This document shows, piece by piece, positions 1 to 11,811 of a DNA stretch of 64,000 nt; the first letter of the stretch is position 1; every line of letters starts with the position of its first letter. Source of the DNA: Novakomyces olei (Eukaryota); contig JADEYG010000001.1 in assembly GCA_016906335.1 (NCBI GenBank), forward strand, positions 682,001-746,000, given 5' to 3'. A model generated the notes under the pieces. It ran no database searches and had not been told where the DNA came from. It saw only the letters and a list, made by a program, of their open reading frames with translations. Both the position numbers and the translations under genes were made by a program.

Positions 1-2506
1 AAGCTCCACCGGCTGCTGCTTTTTGTTGAGCATGTTTTCTGACTTGAGCTTCCCATTGAGCAGTTTCATCATTTATATTTCTGGTGCCAGACTCGCTTTC
101 CTTCTTTTTTGCCAATACATTATTATACAGATTGCCCTCTGGAGTCTGCCAAATGGCAATGGACTCGGTATGCACACGTGACCAAGGAACATTTGAAAGC
201 AATCGGGTAAAAAGCCGGCAAATTGACGGAGTGGAAGTCTGCGGATTATAGAAATTAAGCTGCCCAACTGCCCTTAACGCCGCCGGCCGTCGCTTATCTT
301 CACGGTCATAGATAAAAGATTCAATGTATTTCAGAATTGAATCCGTATTTGCTTCAACAAAGGCAGCTGGATCTGTCTGCAAGGCCTGGCAACACCGAAC
401 CCACCAGTTAACACGGCCTTGTAAGTGAATATCGTTGGAAAAAATCAATAGTTTTTGCAAAAATAATTTTTTTTCCGTTAAGGCTGCTTTATTTTCAATT
501 AAGTTTGGATCTTTCACAAGGCGGCCCACCAGTTTAACGAGAGTCTGTACACGCAAATCTTCAGATCCGACAGCAGCAGAGTCGGAAGGTGCACAGGAAG
601 CTGGATAAATTTGCTCGTAAAAGGCTTCAATCAAAAGAGGCAAAAGCAGCCGACGTTGAACAAGCAGATCACAGACTGCGTCAAGCATAGTTTGCACATC
701 CTCACGGGACCCGTGTCTGCACAAAAGGTATAAAACTGCTCTCAAAACGCCGCCATCATAAAGCTCAGAATCCTGTAAGTATTGATGCTCACTACCGGCC
801 AAAGCACAAATTGCCCTCAAAGACCATACTATATCCCGAGTATCAGTGAGCCGTGTATATACACGGTCAGATAAGCAAAAGTCTTTTGCCGACTGACGGT
901 CCAGCATTTCCGGCTCATTTTTTGCTTGATAATATACGCAAAAGTACTCGGCAATTATGCCTCCATTGCCGACGTAGGGAAGCGGGGATTTCTGGATCTC
1001 TTGGGTCTGTACTAGAATAGTTTGCCGATACTTTTCCCATGCTTCTTGAGGGCGAAACGGTTGGATTTTTTGCGAATTTTCTTTTATTTCTCCGCCCTGC
1101 ACAGCTAAAGACGCTAGAGTATCTTGCCAGTAACGACGAACTGCCACTCTTTTGTCCGCCAAAGCTTTTGGTAAAATAGATAGCAAAATAGACGAGTCTA
1201 TACTATTATTGTCAGCAGTTGCACCATTTTCCTGTCTTGAAAGCATTTTCAAAAACTCGACTAGCAACTTGGAAATTTGCAATACAGCAGAATCGTTATT
1301 CTCTTTATTGTACAAATTTCCGACGACTGTCAAGTACTTTACAAAATCATTTGCCGGCAATTGAGCGATGCTGCCTACAAGTACAGCAGCTACTTTGAAA
1401 ATGTCTCCACGTTGATCAGCGTTAGGGACACGATTAAGTGCAAGTGGCTCCAAGAGCAATGCCAAAATCTCGTTCGCTGAACTCGTTACACGTGAAACAA
1501 GGCCCTGAAGAGTCGCCAAGGCGGAAAGCCGTACTGCCGATTGTGTGCTTTTCAAGCAGTTTAGAAGCGAAGGCAGCAAAACGCCAGCAATTCCCGAAAG
1601 ATCAAATTTACATGCTTCGAACAAGTAAATTAATGCGCGGTCCAAGACGACTAGAGGCGAACGGAGTAACGATTTTTGTATAGTTGGGAGCACGAGCCGC
1701 TCGACTGCTTTAAAATCTAAAAATTCCCTAAATGTTGCAATAAGTCCTGCCTGCACATGATACGGTACTGGCTTGGTAGCACCACATACAGTCTCTGTGT
1801 AATATGTAATTAGGCTGTCCGACTGCTCCAGTACATTTGCAGCCTTTTTCAGACGGATAGCAACTTCACACACAACTCCAAGAAGACATACATTTTCCGC
1901 TCGTTTTACAGATAAAAGAGGCTTGAAATAAATGTCAACGTCCGCGCTGCGTAGAACCTTTCGTACAGAGCGTCGTGTACTTCGAGTAGCAGAGAGCTTT
2001 ATGCTCCTATGCGCACCAAGCACCTGTTCGTATAATGTAGACTGTAAAGCTACAAAGTCTTTGGCCGTCGCGGGGCCAACGCTACTCAAGGACAAGCTGA
2101 TACTGCAGTTTACAAGCTCAACAAGGTTGAATACTATCGATGGAGCCAATTGGTGATGCTGACTTCTACGTACCTGCTTGATTAAAGCTGCAGCAAAAAC
2201 GTCTTTGCCGTTAGTTTCTTTAGCACAATAAGCAGCGATCAAAGACGGAAGCAGACGCTGAATGGCAATCCGTGAAGATCTATCCACATAGATGTATGAA
2301 GTGTGCACGATTGCTGCAAGAACGGCGTCCAGTGGTAGATCTGCTGGGTGAGACAAGGACACATAAAGGTAGGATAAATTTCAGAGTAAAAAATTTAATT
2401 AATTACCGGCCGATTTAGCTGCAAGTAAAGGTTCCAATTCATTTTTAATATACGCAATGCGCTTCTTGGTCGAAGGCTGGCCAAGTCCCCAATCAATGTC
2501 GCCCAT
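1..2506 (-). CDS. GCN1: GCN1 (eIF2-alpha kinase Gcn2 activator), 5' portion; runs off the left edge
   Basis: Not in the ORF track. ATG at 2506; exon 1 is 2506-2407 (MGDIDWGLGQPSTKKRIAYI...); GT-AG intron 2406-2341; exon 2 reads DLPLDAVLAAIVHTSYIYVDRSSR... and is in the same frame at the window edge (NDETAQWEAQVRKHAQQK). The STKKR, YxDRxSR and WE.Q.R segments resemble fungal Gcn1. Frame was spot-checked at both ends only. Confidence 0.8.
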
Positions 2507-2922
2507 GAAGACGATGTGGTCAATTTTGCACTTTTGACGTGCACATTTATTTTTATTTTAATAACTTGCAAGTTTTACACGGATCGTATGTATTATATTC
2601 TGCTGGGTCCCAAGCTCGTACTATAAATGTGACAATACGTTGGCACATTATCTCGTCTCTGCTCTGTAACTCTACTCTCTAATGTACGACTGTGTGTTGT
2701 TATGCAAGGAAAAAGAAAACCACTGTGCCTATCTGCAAAATTGTACCCACGTTCAACCATACAATTATCAACTTTGCAGAATAACTTTTCTGAAAAACAT
2801 TTCAACATTGACTCTTCCAACGTTATAACCCTGTAACATTGTCATAGATAAAATTTCCCAACGTTATCACTGACTCTACGTGTTATCTCCACAGTGTGGC
2901 ATACTCCTGTTGTGGGGTCCAT

Positions 2923-4098
2923 ATGGTGAAGATCGTGTCGTGGAACGTGGCCAGTCTTCGCACATTGCCTGCAAAATTAGTATCAGTAGACGCGGGCGGT
3001 GTGCGGAGTCGTACCACTAAAGCAGAACATGCGCTAAGTGCTCTTTTTACCCAGTTTGATGCGGATATAGTATGCTTGCAAGAAACTAAATTTGCCGACT
3101 GGACTAAAGTAGGCCGGGAACACGCTTGCGTACCCGGCTATGACTCGTACTGGAGCCACTCTGGAAAGGGGCATGCTGGTGTAGTAACTTTTGCTCGGCA
3201 TGGCAGTACCCGCGTCTTTTCTAATGATATTTTTAGGGACGACGAAGGCGGGTTCCGTGAAGCTTCAGCGCAGGAAGAATTAGTACGTGGCCGATGTGTG
3301 CTCACGGATCACGGTACATTCATCGTCCTTAATCTTTACGCAATTAATGGTGGTCGCGGAGCAGAATGGGTAGAAGCTAAAATGCGGTTTTACCGAGGCG
3401 TACTTGATTGTGCTCAACGCTGGCTTGCACGGGGTCGGGCAGTTATATTATGTGGAGACATTAATACTGCCCACAGGGATATCGATATATATAATCCTCG
3501 AAAGTTTGAAGGCTCTACTGGGTTCCTGCCGCGTGAGCGCGAATGGATTACGCGTTATTTGGACGTGACGGATAGCGTAGACGCGTTTCGCGCTTGCCAT
3601 CCTGATCAGCGAGGCGCGTATTCTTTTTGGGATCAAATGCGAGGGTTAAGAAAGCACAATTACGGCTGGCGAATAGACGTGTTTTACGTTACGCGTCCAC
3701 TGGCCGATGAGATTGTGGATTGTAGTGTTCATCAGGATATTTTGGGATCAGACCATTGTCCGATTTCTTTGCAAGTGAATCAAGGAATTGCGACTAATTT
3801 CAAGACACCCAACGGTGCGGGTAATTTACGCGCACAGTTTACGCGCGCTGGTACGATTAATAGTATGTTTATGTCACATAAACGAAAGAGACCAGAGCCG
3901 GACCAAGAGGCAGAGGGCAAGCCAGCAGGAAGAGATTTGGACGACGGTAATGGGAATGGGAAAGAGGAAACGAGGGATGAGAAACATGATGCATTAGAAA
4001 TCAAGATTACAGAGCCAGAAAAGAGTATAAGCACCAAACTCGAAAAGGAAGATGGAACGAAACGACCTAGAAATACAGAGACGGAGGGGAAAGGATGA
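2923..4098 (+). CDS. ExoIII/Xth-family AP endonuclease (EEP fold), intronless, with charged C-terminal tail
   Basis: Motifs IVSWNV, CLQETK, LNLY, LCGDINTAH, GFLPRER, GWRID and SDHCPI. First ATG at 2923. The tail contains an NLS-like KRKRP. Confidence 0.9.
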   Translation: MVKIVSWNVASLRTLPAKLVSVDAGGVRSRTTKAEHALSALFTQFDADIVCLQETKFADWTKVGREHACVPGYDSYWSHSGKGHAGVVTFARHGSTRVFSNDIFRDDEGGFREASAQEELVRGRCVLTDHGTFIVLNLYAINGGRGAEWVEAKMRFYRGVLDCAQRWLARGRAVILCGDINTAHRDIDIYNPRKFEGSTGFLPREREWITRYLDVTDSVDAFRACHPDQRGAYSFWDQMRGLRKHNYGWRIDVFYVTRPLADEIVDCSVHQDILGSDHCPISLQVNQGIATNFKTPNGAGNLRAQFTRAGTINSMFMSHKRKRPEPDQEAEGKPAGRDLDDGNGNGKEETRDEKHDALEIKITEPEKSISTKLEKEDGTKRPRNTETEGKG

Positions 4099-4706
4099 GA
4101 CTTGTTTTATTTGATGGAGAATGTTTAAAGATTTTGTTGAATATATATATATATATATATTGACTTTTTGAAATTATCCCGAGTCCTTGTCTCTACCGAG
4201 ATAAAGAAAAGTTGGGCAGACATACGAATACTACAATAGTATGATAGTGGCAGCAATTAAATCGGAAGGCTAAGGGAGATACTAGTTAAGAATTTTTTGA
4301 TTCGAAAACAAATCATTGTGGCTCTGATTTTTTGAGTTCTTTGTTACATACAATTCCCTTTTCGTTTCAGTGATGATAACGCACTGAACGATAAACGGGC
4401 TCACGGCAAATTATATGATTGTGGTTTCCTTGGGTTTTTTCTGGATAACATATGAATAATTCTCCATATATTGCCGGCTACGCTTGAAATTGCAAATTAG
4501 ACATTATTATCAAAACACATCATTTAATCGTCGTCACACTAATTCAGTTTGATTTGGATTCCGTTTTGTTTTGCAAATTCATTTCGCACGCGAATTCCAT
4601 AAGTCATTTTCATCTCATTTTCATTTTCATTTTCATTTTTGAATTTCATTTCATATCAATTTTTTAGAATCTTTTACGTGCATACAATCACAGCCCACGC
4701 TACCGC

Positions 4707-6951
4707 TTAGTGAGCAAGACGACGTCTCGTCCCGACAGAGTTTGGAGCAAAATTATCGACTGGCAGAGCAGTTAATGACTCACTACCAAAAGAGCGACGA
4801 CGTAATCGCCGAGCAGCCCCTTGCAAGCTTGGGGGAACACTAATATTACCACACTGAGGAGCATCAAGGTCAGGGAAAGTGTCTGTCAGCCAAATCAAAA
4901 CTCCGTTACTCCATCCAAACCCGGGAACAACTTCATATTCGCCTCCAGAACCAGCAGCATCGGTCGCATTATCAGCATACTTCTCAAACATGGTTCCGTT
5001 CGCACTAGCAGAAATGTTTGCGAGTCTGGGCTGAGACTCTGTGGCCCCGCCGGTCGATCTCCAAGTGCAAAATGCGCTTGTCAAGTAGCGCGTGGCTACC
5101 TGGCGAGCCAAGGACGTGATTGGCCGAATATTTCCGGTATTATTACTGGCCAGCCGCTCGATATTACGGAGACCCTGCACGATAATGTACTGCAATGGTG
5201 GCCAAACATTTGGTTCGTCCCTATGGTTAGGGTTAGTAAATAAAAAACAAACAAGGGTTAGTATTAATTAATTCATAAATTAATTTAATTAAAAGCACTC
5301 ACCATTGCTGCCCACTCTCAAAATCGGTGGCGGGAACCCCACCGCGGTCTTGTGCCAGTAAAGATCTTACGGCACTGTAAGATTGGGCAGCGGCAGTAGC
5401 GTTGCGCAGAATACTGTCCGGCACAGCTCCGGCCCAGAAAGGATACAATTGGCTGACGGAAAACAGTGGCTGGGTCCCCGAGCCTGTATCATTGGGCAGG
5501 CGTGTTACTTGAGCGTGTGCCGTAATATTGTAGTCGTAGTAAGCGTTCAGCGAAGTGTTGTAAAACACGTTATACATTGCAGTTTTACGCGCCTCTGCTC
5601 TCGTACTCCAAGCGAGACTCAACAGCTCTGCCTGGAAGGCGAGAGTATCATTTGCATTATCACTCGTCCAATTATAAAAGGCGGCCATTGTTGCCTCGTT
5701 CATGTACATTATAGAGTTTAGATCCACAGGCACAATTGTGCGGACACGAATGTTCCTCAGTGGGAACTGTGCCGAAGTATTCAGGTTTTGTATCCATCGC
5801 GACGAGAAATCCCAGCCTGACTCTGCAGCGGAAGCCAAATCAGAGTAGGTACTTTGTATTTGAATGCTGCTCAGCGACGTCTCGTTGTGAGTAGTCTCAT
5901 AGTCCTCCACGTAACCTTCCGGCCGCGGCTGGTTATTAGGCACAGCGTACCGCTGGAAAAGGTACGTGGCATTTTTGCCCTGGATGCGGGCGGAAACGGG
6001 TACGGAACGGTGGGTGTACCACCACAAAAGTTCGCGTTCCAGCAGCGGCAAAGCTCGGCGCAGAAGGGAGTAGTCGTGTGTGTACTCTGTATAGATCCGT
6101 ACCATCTGGACGAGCAACGGTGGCTGAGAGCGGTTCAGGTAGTATACTCGGGCGCCGTTGGGGACAAAGCCGTAGACGCGTACGAGATCGAGAAAGTTTT
6201 CGATAATGTTCCGTGCCAAATGCTGGTAAACTGGGCCGGAGCGTAAAAGGCCCTCGATAATGAAAAAGGAGTCCCAATAATAAGGCTCATGGTACCGTCC
6301 ACCCGCCACCAAAAACGTTCGGTTAAGTGGTATAAACGAGGAGACACATCCAGTGCAATTGTTCTGTGGCACATACCGCCTCGTAAGTTCGGGCCAGTAA
6401 TCTACAACTTGGCTCACGAAATCTCGCAGAGTCGAGTTGGTTACGTTGCGCAGAAACTGAGCATCAGTAGTAAGGTTTGCGTCAATGCCGTCCCGGACGG
6501 GGACGACTTCGCTGCCGGATTCTCCAAAGTTTCTGTTTATAAAGGCGTGTAAACGGCTATCGTTCCTCACTACATAACCCTCGTTTGATCCGTTGGTGTG
6601 GCGGCTAGTGTTGGACCGAAATTCTTGCTCAAATTCGCGTAGAATCTGCCATACTGGCCGTCGCGTCGGCTGGTCTACAAACGTTTTCGAGTCAGTGTAA
6701 GGCTGAGCCAGCTGGATCGCTCGGAGCAGAGGCCCGTAACAGTATATGGGCGAATCGCAGGGGGCAATTACGTAGGCGGGGCAGCGGTTGCTGGCTGACT
6801 GGCCCGTACTGTTTGTGGATAGGGTAAGGTTCGAATGTGCCGTTGTCGCGTTCAGCAAGTACGGCACTGACGCGTTTGAACAGACATCTCCTACAAAGAG
6901 AGCGCTAGTACTCGCAGCGGCCGCCGCAAGTACGGCTACTTGGACAAACAT
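4707..6951 (-). CDS. Secreted trehalase, glycoside hydrolase family 37
   Basis: Signal peptide; motifs DSKTFVD, GGRYHEPYYWDS, PNGARVYYLNRSQPP, PRPEGY and AESGWDFSSRW. Intron 5302-5221 restores GQQWDEPNVWPP; GFGWSNG lies in the last exon. Confidence 0.93.
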
Positions 6952-9423
6952 TGTCTCGTGGATCTGTGGGTTTGCGTTTAGCGACGCTCGGCAGCGTCAG
7001 TACATTGATATATATATATTTTCCACTTTATTCCCCATTGCAAAAGGCCGTTGTGGGGTCGAATCTGTCAAATCGTTTGCTGTTTTCGGCGATGATATCA
7101 TAACGGTCGGGTTGGAAAAGAATTAAATTTGCCCCGATTTGGTTGGAATCCACGTTATTCGTCACAATAGTGTGTCGCCAATTCGTGCACGTAGTTAATA
7201 TGGCGCATTAATTGTTCGTTTCGCGCCATACATTAGATTTTCAAGGAATACATGTGCTGGAAATACGTAAAATTTACGTCTGTCGGGAGGACGGTAATTA
7301 CAATTTCGTAGTAATTTCAGTTTCGGAATGTTCGGTCGCTTGTGCAAAAGTGGGCGCCGGGTTCTTTTAATTAATAGCCTACATTACCGGGATGGGGCGG
7401 ACGGGGAAAATCTTGGCACTGATTTACGCGCTTCCCTCCGAGCTCGGTGAGTATATTTAACGTTTTTGCTGTACCATTCATTCTCCGCTGCAGTACTATT
7501 TTGGTACTGTGGGCGATACATAGTAATGGCTTGGCCATAGTTTGTTCAAGTGATATAGCGCCATATGAACTAAACAATGTTGATTGGTAATAAAGTATAT
7601 GTTATATACACACAAAACACAAACATACAGAACACAAACATACAGTATACAAGCATCAGTACAATAGAATTCTGAATGTATACTCGCCACTATGATACTG
7701 ATTGACCCTCCGTGTCGAGTCGTCCTAGCGTGAATAGAAAATCTGCACGAACCACTTTATTTTGGCACACCGGATAAATCTGCACTTTTTGAATTGGCAG
7801 ACACGCTAGACTATAGAGTGTTTTATGGGCCAATCGAATTAATTACACATAATTAATTTCCCTTTGTTCACGTTGACTCCGTGTCTGCGTCTATCTACAC
7901 AATGGAAATGCCCTGTGCTGCCGTACTTGCGTGGTTATAACTTTTGCGAGCGATGGACACATCAATCGTTGATACAAGTGCGCACTCAACATCTCAAGTT
8001 TGCAGTGAGCATATTAAAAGCTTTTCATTATCAAAAGCACCATACTTTTTGAGTAAATTACAGTCCAGACTAGCAATTATTCTCTCCCTTGGACTATACA
8101 CACTAATCTTGCCCTCTACACTAATGAAGGGAAAGGTTGATTCGTGGCACAGCTTAGCTTGTGTAAACTCGAAACGGCTGACGTATGTAAGAGGAAACAA
8201 AGTTGATTATCTTCCTGTATAAGTTTCGTCGGTAATCCAGGCCCGCGGGGTTGGCGGGTGTGATTGAGGTCCTCGTGGGCGTCAATACAAATCACACTTT
8301 GTAACGAGAGACGTGATCATTTCTCATTTCGGTCCTCGAACTTGCCCGTAAAATATACACTAGTATGCGATATGGCCGACACGGTCTAGTCTCAACTATT
8401 TCTCTTTTCGGAGTATATTTATATTTTTACGCACATAAAGTCCCACGGCGGTCGGTTCGAATGGGCGACGGAGCACAGATAATTACTTGTGATAATCTCC
8501 GAGACCGCGTTGGCTAGTACGGGCATTACGTAACTTGAAATTATGGCGGCGGCACTCACTCAAAAAGGTGACTTGTCGTCACCTCATTGTCTGAGCTGAA
8601 AGCCGATCCTTTTGGGTTGCGCCAGTTCGGTTATTTTATTTTATTAATTTTATGCCTTTTTGTAATCATATGGACAATTTCTATAGATTTTTTGGTTACT
8701 ACTTGTCGGTTTGGGGAACACGCTGATTCATCGCGGAAGATGATGCGCTAAACTAAACAAAAATAGAGTGTATTAGGGTGCAACGCATTTTATCAAATTC
8801 CTGTTGTCTGCCATTCGGGGTTACGCAATCAGATATATATGCCTAATGATCTTGTCCCTTTAGAGCCAAGCGACTGGGCTCGGTTGCACGCTCCCTTGTA
8901 CCAACGCGATAATCAGCGCGCTGATTAACTCGAACAGGATTTAATTTGCACGCTTAGTGATAGAGCATGATAGAACCTTATTTTTGTCGCGAATATTATC
9001 CAGAGTTTTGGCTGTCGTGCAGAGTTACGCAGCACACTGGGCCAGATTAATGTTATTATTTTGTATTTAATATGAGTGGAGACAGAATGTAAATCTGATA
9101 GCGGAAAAGGCTACGTTATTTCTGACAGAGATCGATAGATTCACAACTTGCATACGCCGGTTTTCAAAGTATTTTATACTAGGTATTCTGGCGACTTACA
9201 CTCTGCAATCCAAAGCTACTGGAAAAACAATTGTAATTATATGTCTAAAGTATCAATACCATATACAATAGCAAGCTATTTTTTTTTATATATACAAATA
9301 ACATTAGAACTCTCTCTTATAGACCCAATTATTTAGAGCCGTGTAAGGATTACTCGCAAGGGGCACTAGGGCCATTGAGGGCTATCTACGACCGCTGCTT
9401 CTGAAGACCTGCGGTCGCCAGCT

Positions 9424-10465
9424 ATGCAGGCCAAGGCTCAGCTATATCGACTCGTTGTTCTCGGCGAAGGTGGCGTTGGCAAGGTATAGATTTTCCGACA
9501 ACCGCTCAGATGCCGGCAGGCTACGACGAGACGGCATTTTGTTTGTTTCTCTTTCTCCGCTTTCCAAACTGCACTCCTCCTCTCTCAATGATAAAACAAT
9601 TTAGATTTGCAGCAGCTTACTAACGCATTCAACAGACGGCTCTCACCATTCAGGTACTAATGCTTTTTATCGGTTTGATTGCATTTGACTAATCATTTTT
9701 TATCCGTATGGGTTACGCGTTTAGCTCTGCCTAAATCATTTTGTTGGTAAGCGATCACCTGTCGACAATAAAACCACTAACTGAATCTGCAGAGGTACCA
9801 AAGACGCAAGAGCGTTAACGAGCTTACCCTTTAGACATACGACCCCACAATCGAAGATTCATATAGGAAACAAGTGTTTATCGATGGCCGGGCATCAATG
9901 TTGGAGGTGCTCGATACCGCGGGACAAGGTTCGTCTCTTAATTTGAATTAAACTCGTTGGCTTTTTTTTATCTTGATTTCTTTATCTTGATTTCGTCAAT
10001 ACTAAGCCATCTACAGAGGAGTACATGGCGTTACGCGACCAGTGGATCCGAGACGGTGAAGGTTTCCTCGTAGTATACTCTATATCCGACCGCAAAACTT
10101 TTAGCAAAGTCCGCGAGTATCGCGATCATATCAACCGGGTTAAAGACGCGCTAGTTGTGCCCATGATATTGGTCGGAAACAAGGCTGATAAGTCGCTGGA
10201 GCGTCAGGTAAGCACAGCAGAGGCTGCTGCGCTTGCCCGCAGTCTTAATATGATGTTCATTGAGGCAAGTGCGAAAATGTCTACCAATGTTGAGGAGGCA
10301 TTTTTCCAGGTTGTTCGTGCTATTCGGCGGAATCGAGAACCGGAGACCATAGCGCCTACTCAAAAGAATCGAAAACGTTCCAAGGCCAACAATTTGGGCT
10401 CTGGTAACCCTGGATCTGTCTCGTCCAAGAACGGGTCAAAATCCTCAAAATGTATAATTTGCTAA
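9424..10465 (+). CDS. rasB: Ras GTPase of the RasB/Ras2 type
   Basis: Exons 9424-9483, 9636-9653, 9725-9746, 9793-9794, 9835-9928 and 10017-10465 give [41 protein letters not shown]...DTAGQEEY...NKAD...EASAK, ending in the CaaX box CIIC. Confidence 0.93.
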
Positions 10466-11754
10466 ACCTGGTTTTTCCTCAATGGCAATGTAATTTCGTT
10501 CGAGGGAGAGGGGAAGGGTACTTCACAGCAACAAATACCAAATAAGCATGAACCGAATTCTCAAATAAAAGCAAAGGAACTGGGGTTTCGAGAAAGCTAT
10601 TACCTATGTTTTGGATAATTGATTGGGAGAAAAGCATATGTTATTTACCTGGCTCCGTGTATATTTTACTTTTCGCTAAAAAATCTCTGTTTCATTTCTC
10701 TCTGTTTCATTTCTTTTGGTTCACGTTCTATAACAACGTGAAGCTCTTTTCTGATCAGGAATGAAATAGATATTGGAATATAGAGCAACACAGGAGAATT
10801 GCTTGCATGAAAAGTTTTGTCGTGCCAGTGCAAGTGATAACTATTCAACATTTATCTCAGTTTGTCATTTATTTAAATTCAGTATCTACTCAAAGTTTAC
10901 CTGTTTTATTCTATGCTTATATATACTATTTTTTTCTTGTCATTTTTTTATTTAACCATCTTTCTCTTTTTTCCTAAAAATTTCAAAGATCGTCATGGGA
11001 TTTTCTGCACAAAGCTTATCATTATATATCTGACCCCTCTGACCTTCTTTTGTATGCTTCACTGGGGCATTATATTGTTCTATTTGTTTTAATGCAATGC
11101 GCAGTAAAAATTTTTTTTGTTTGGTATAAGAGGGAGGGGAGCGTTCTTCTTTTTTTATTGCTTTGTCTTGCCTTTTCTTTGTTTCCTTTCAATTTTGATC
11201 TCCCTCTAAATTTAATCGCTTTCGCCTTTTTCTTTTGAATTGATTTTTTCCTTTTGTTTTGCTGTACTTTTTCTTTTCGACGCGTTGAACGTTGGTATAC
11301 AGATTTTTACGGCGCTCAAAAATATAAGCGCTCAGAGCCGGTTGTGGGAGTTGATTGGGAAAGGACGACTGGGAAACAGACTCAGAAAAACGGAAAACCG
11401 TAAAATACTGAAACCAGATTTTAGAGGGGTCGTGTTGATGGCGGGACCAGCGCGGGCATAAGGAGAGTTTCAACGATAGACAATCGAGTGACTGCAATGA
11501 GCCCATCACACCTAGAATAGTTGATACAAATTTATTTTTCAAGCATAACAAGCAGTACGATAATCACGTAGATTTGTACTCCACGAGTACTAGATCTATA
11601 AATTGTCTATGAAGTTCAGGGCTAGGGTTAATCTGCTACATATAATGGACTGACATTATCTGATATCACGGCTCGAGCACGAAGAATTATATAATAAATT
11701 TAACCCTAATTAACCCTAATTAATAGACGTATTCCAAACAAATACAATGACGGA

Positions 11755-11775
11755 AACGCGACGGGCGATACGCGT
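11755..11775 (+). promoter_or_regulatory. MCB-like elements (AACGCGA, ACGCGT) upstream of ctp1/SAE2
   Basis: Two ACGCG cores 36-57 bp upstream of the ATG at 11812. S. pombe ctp1 is a known MBF target. Confidence 0.45.
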
Positions 11776-11811
11776 ACAGCCCTAATCAATGACCAGCATG
11801 AATAAGCAAGC

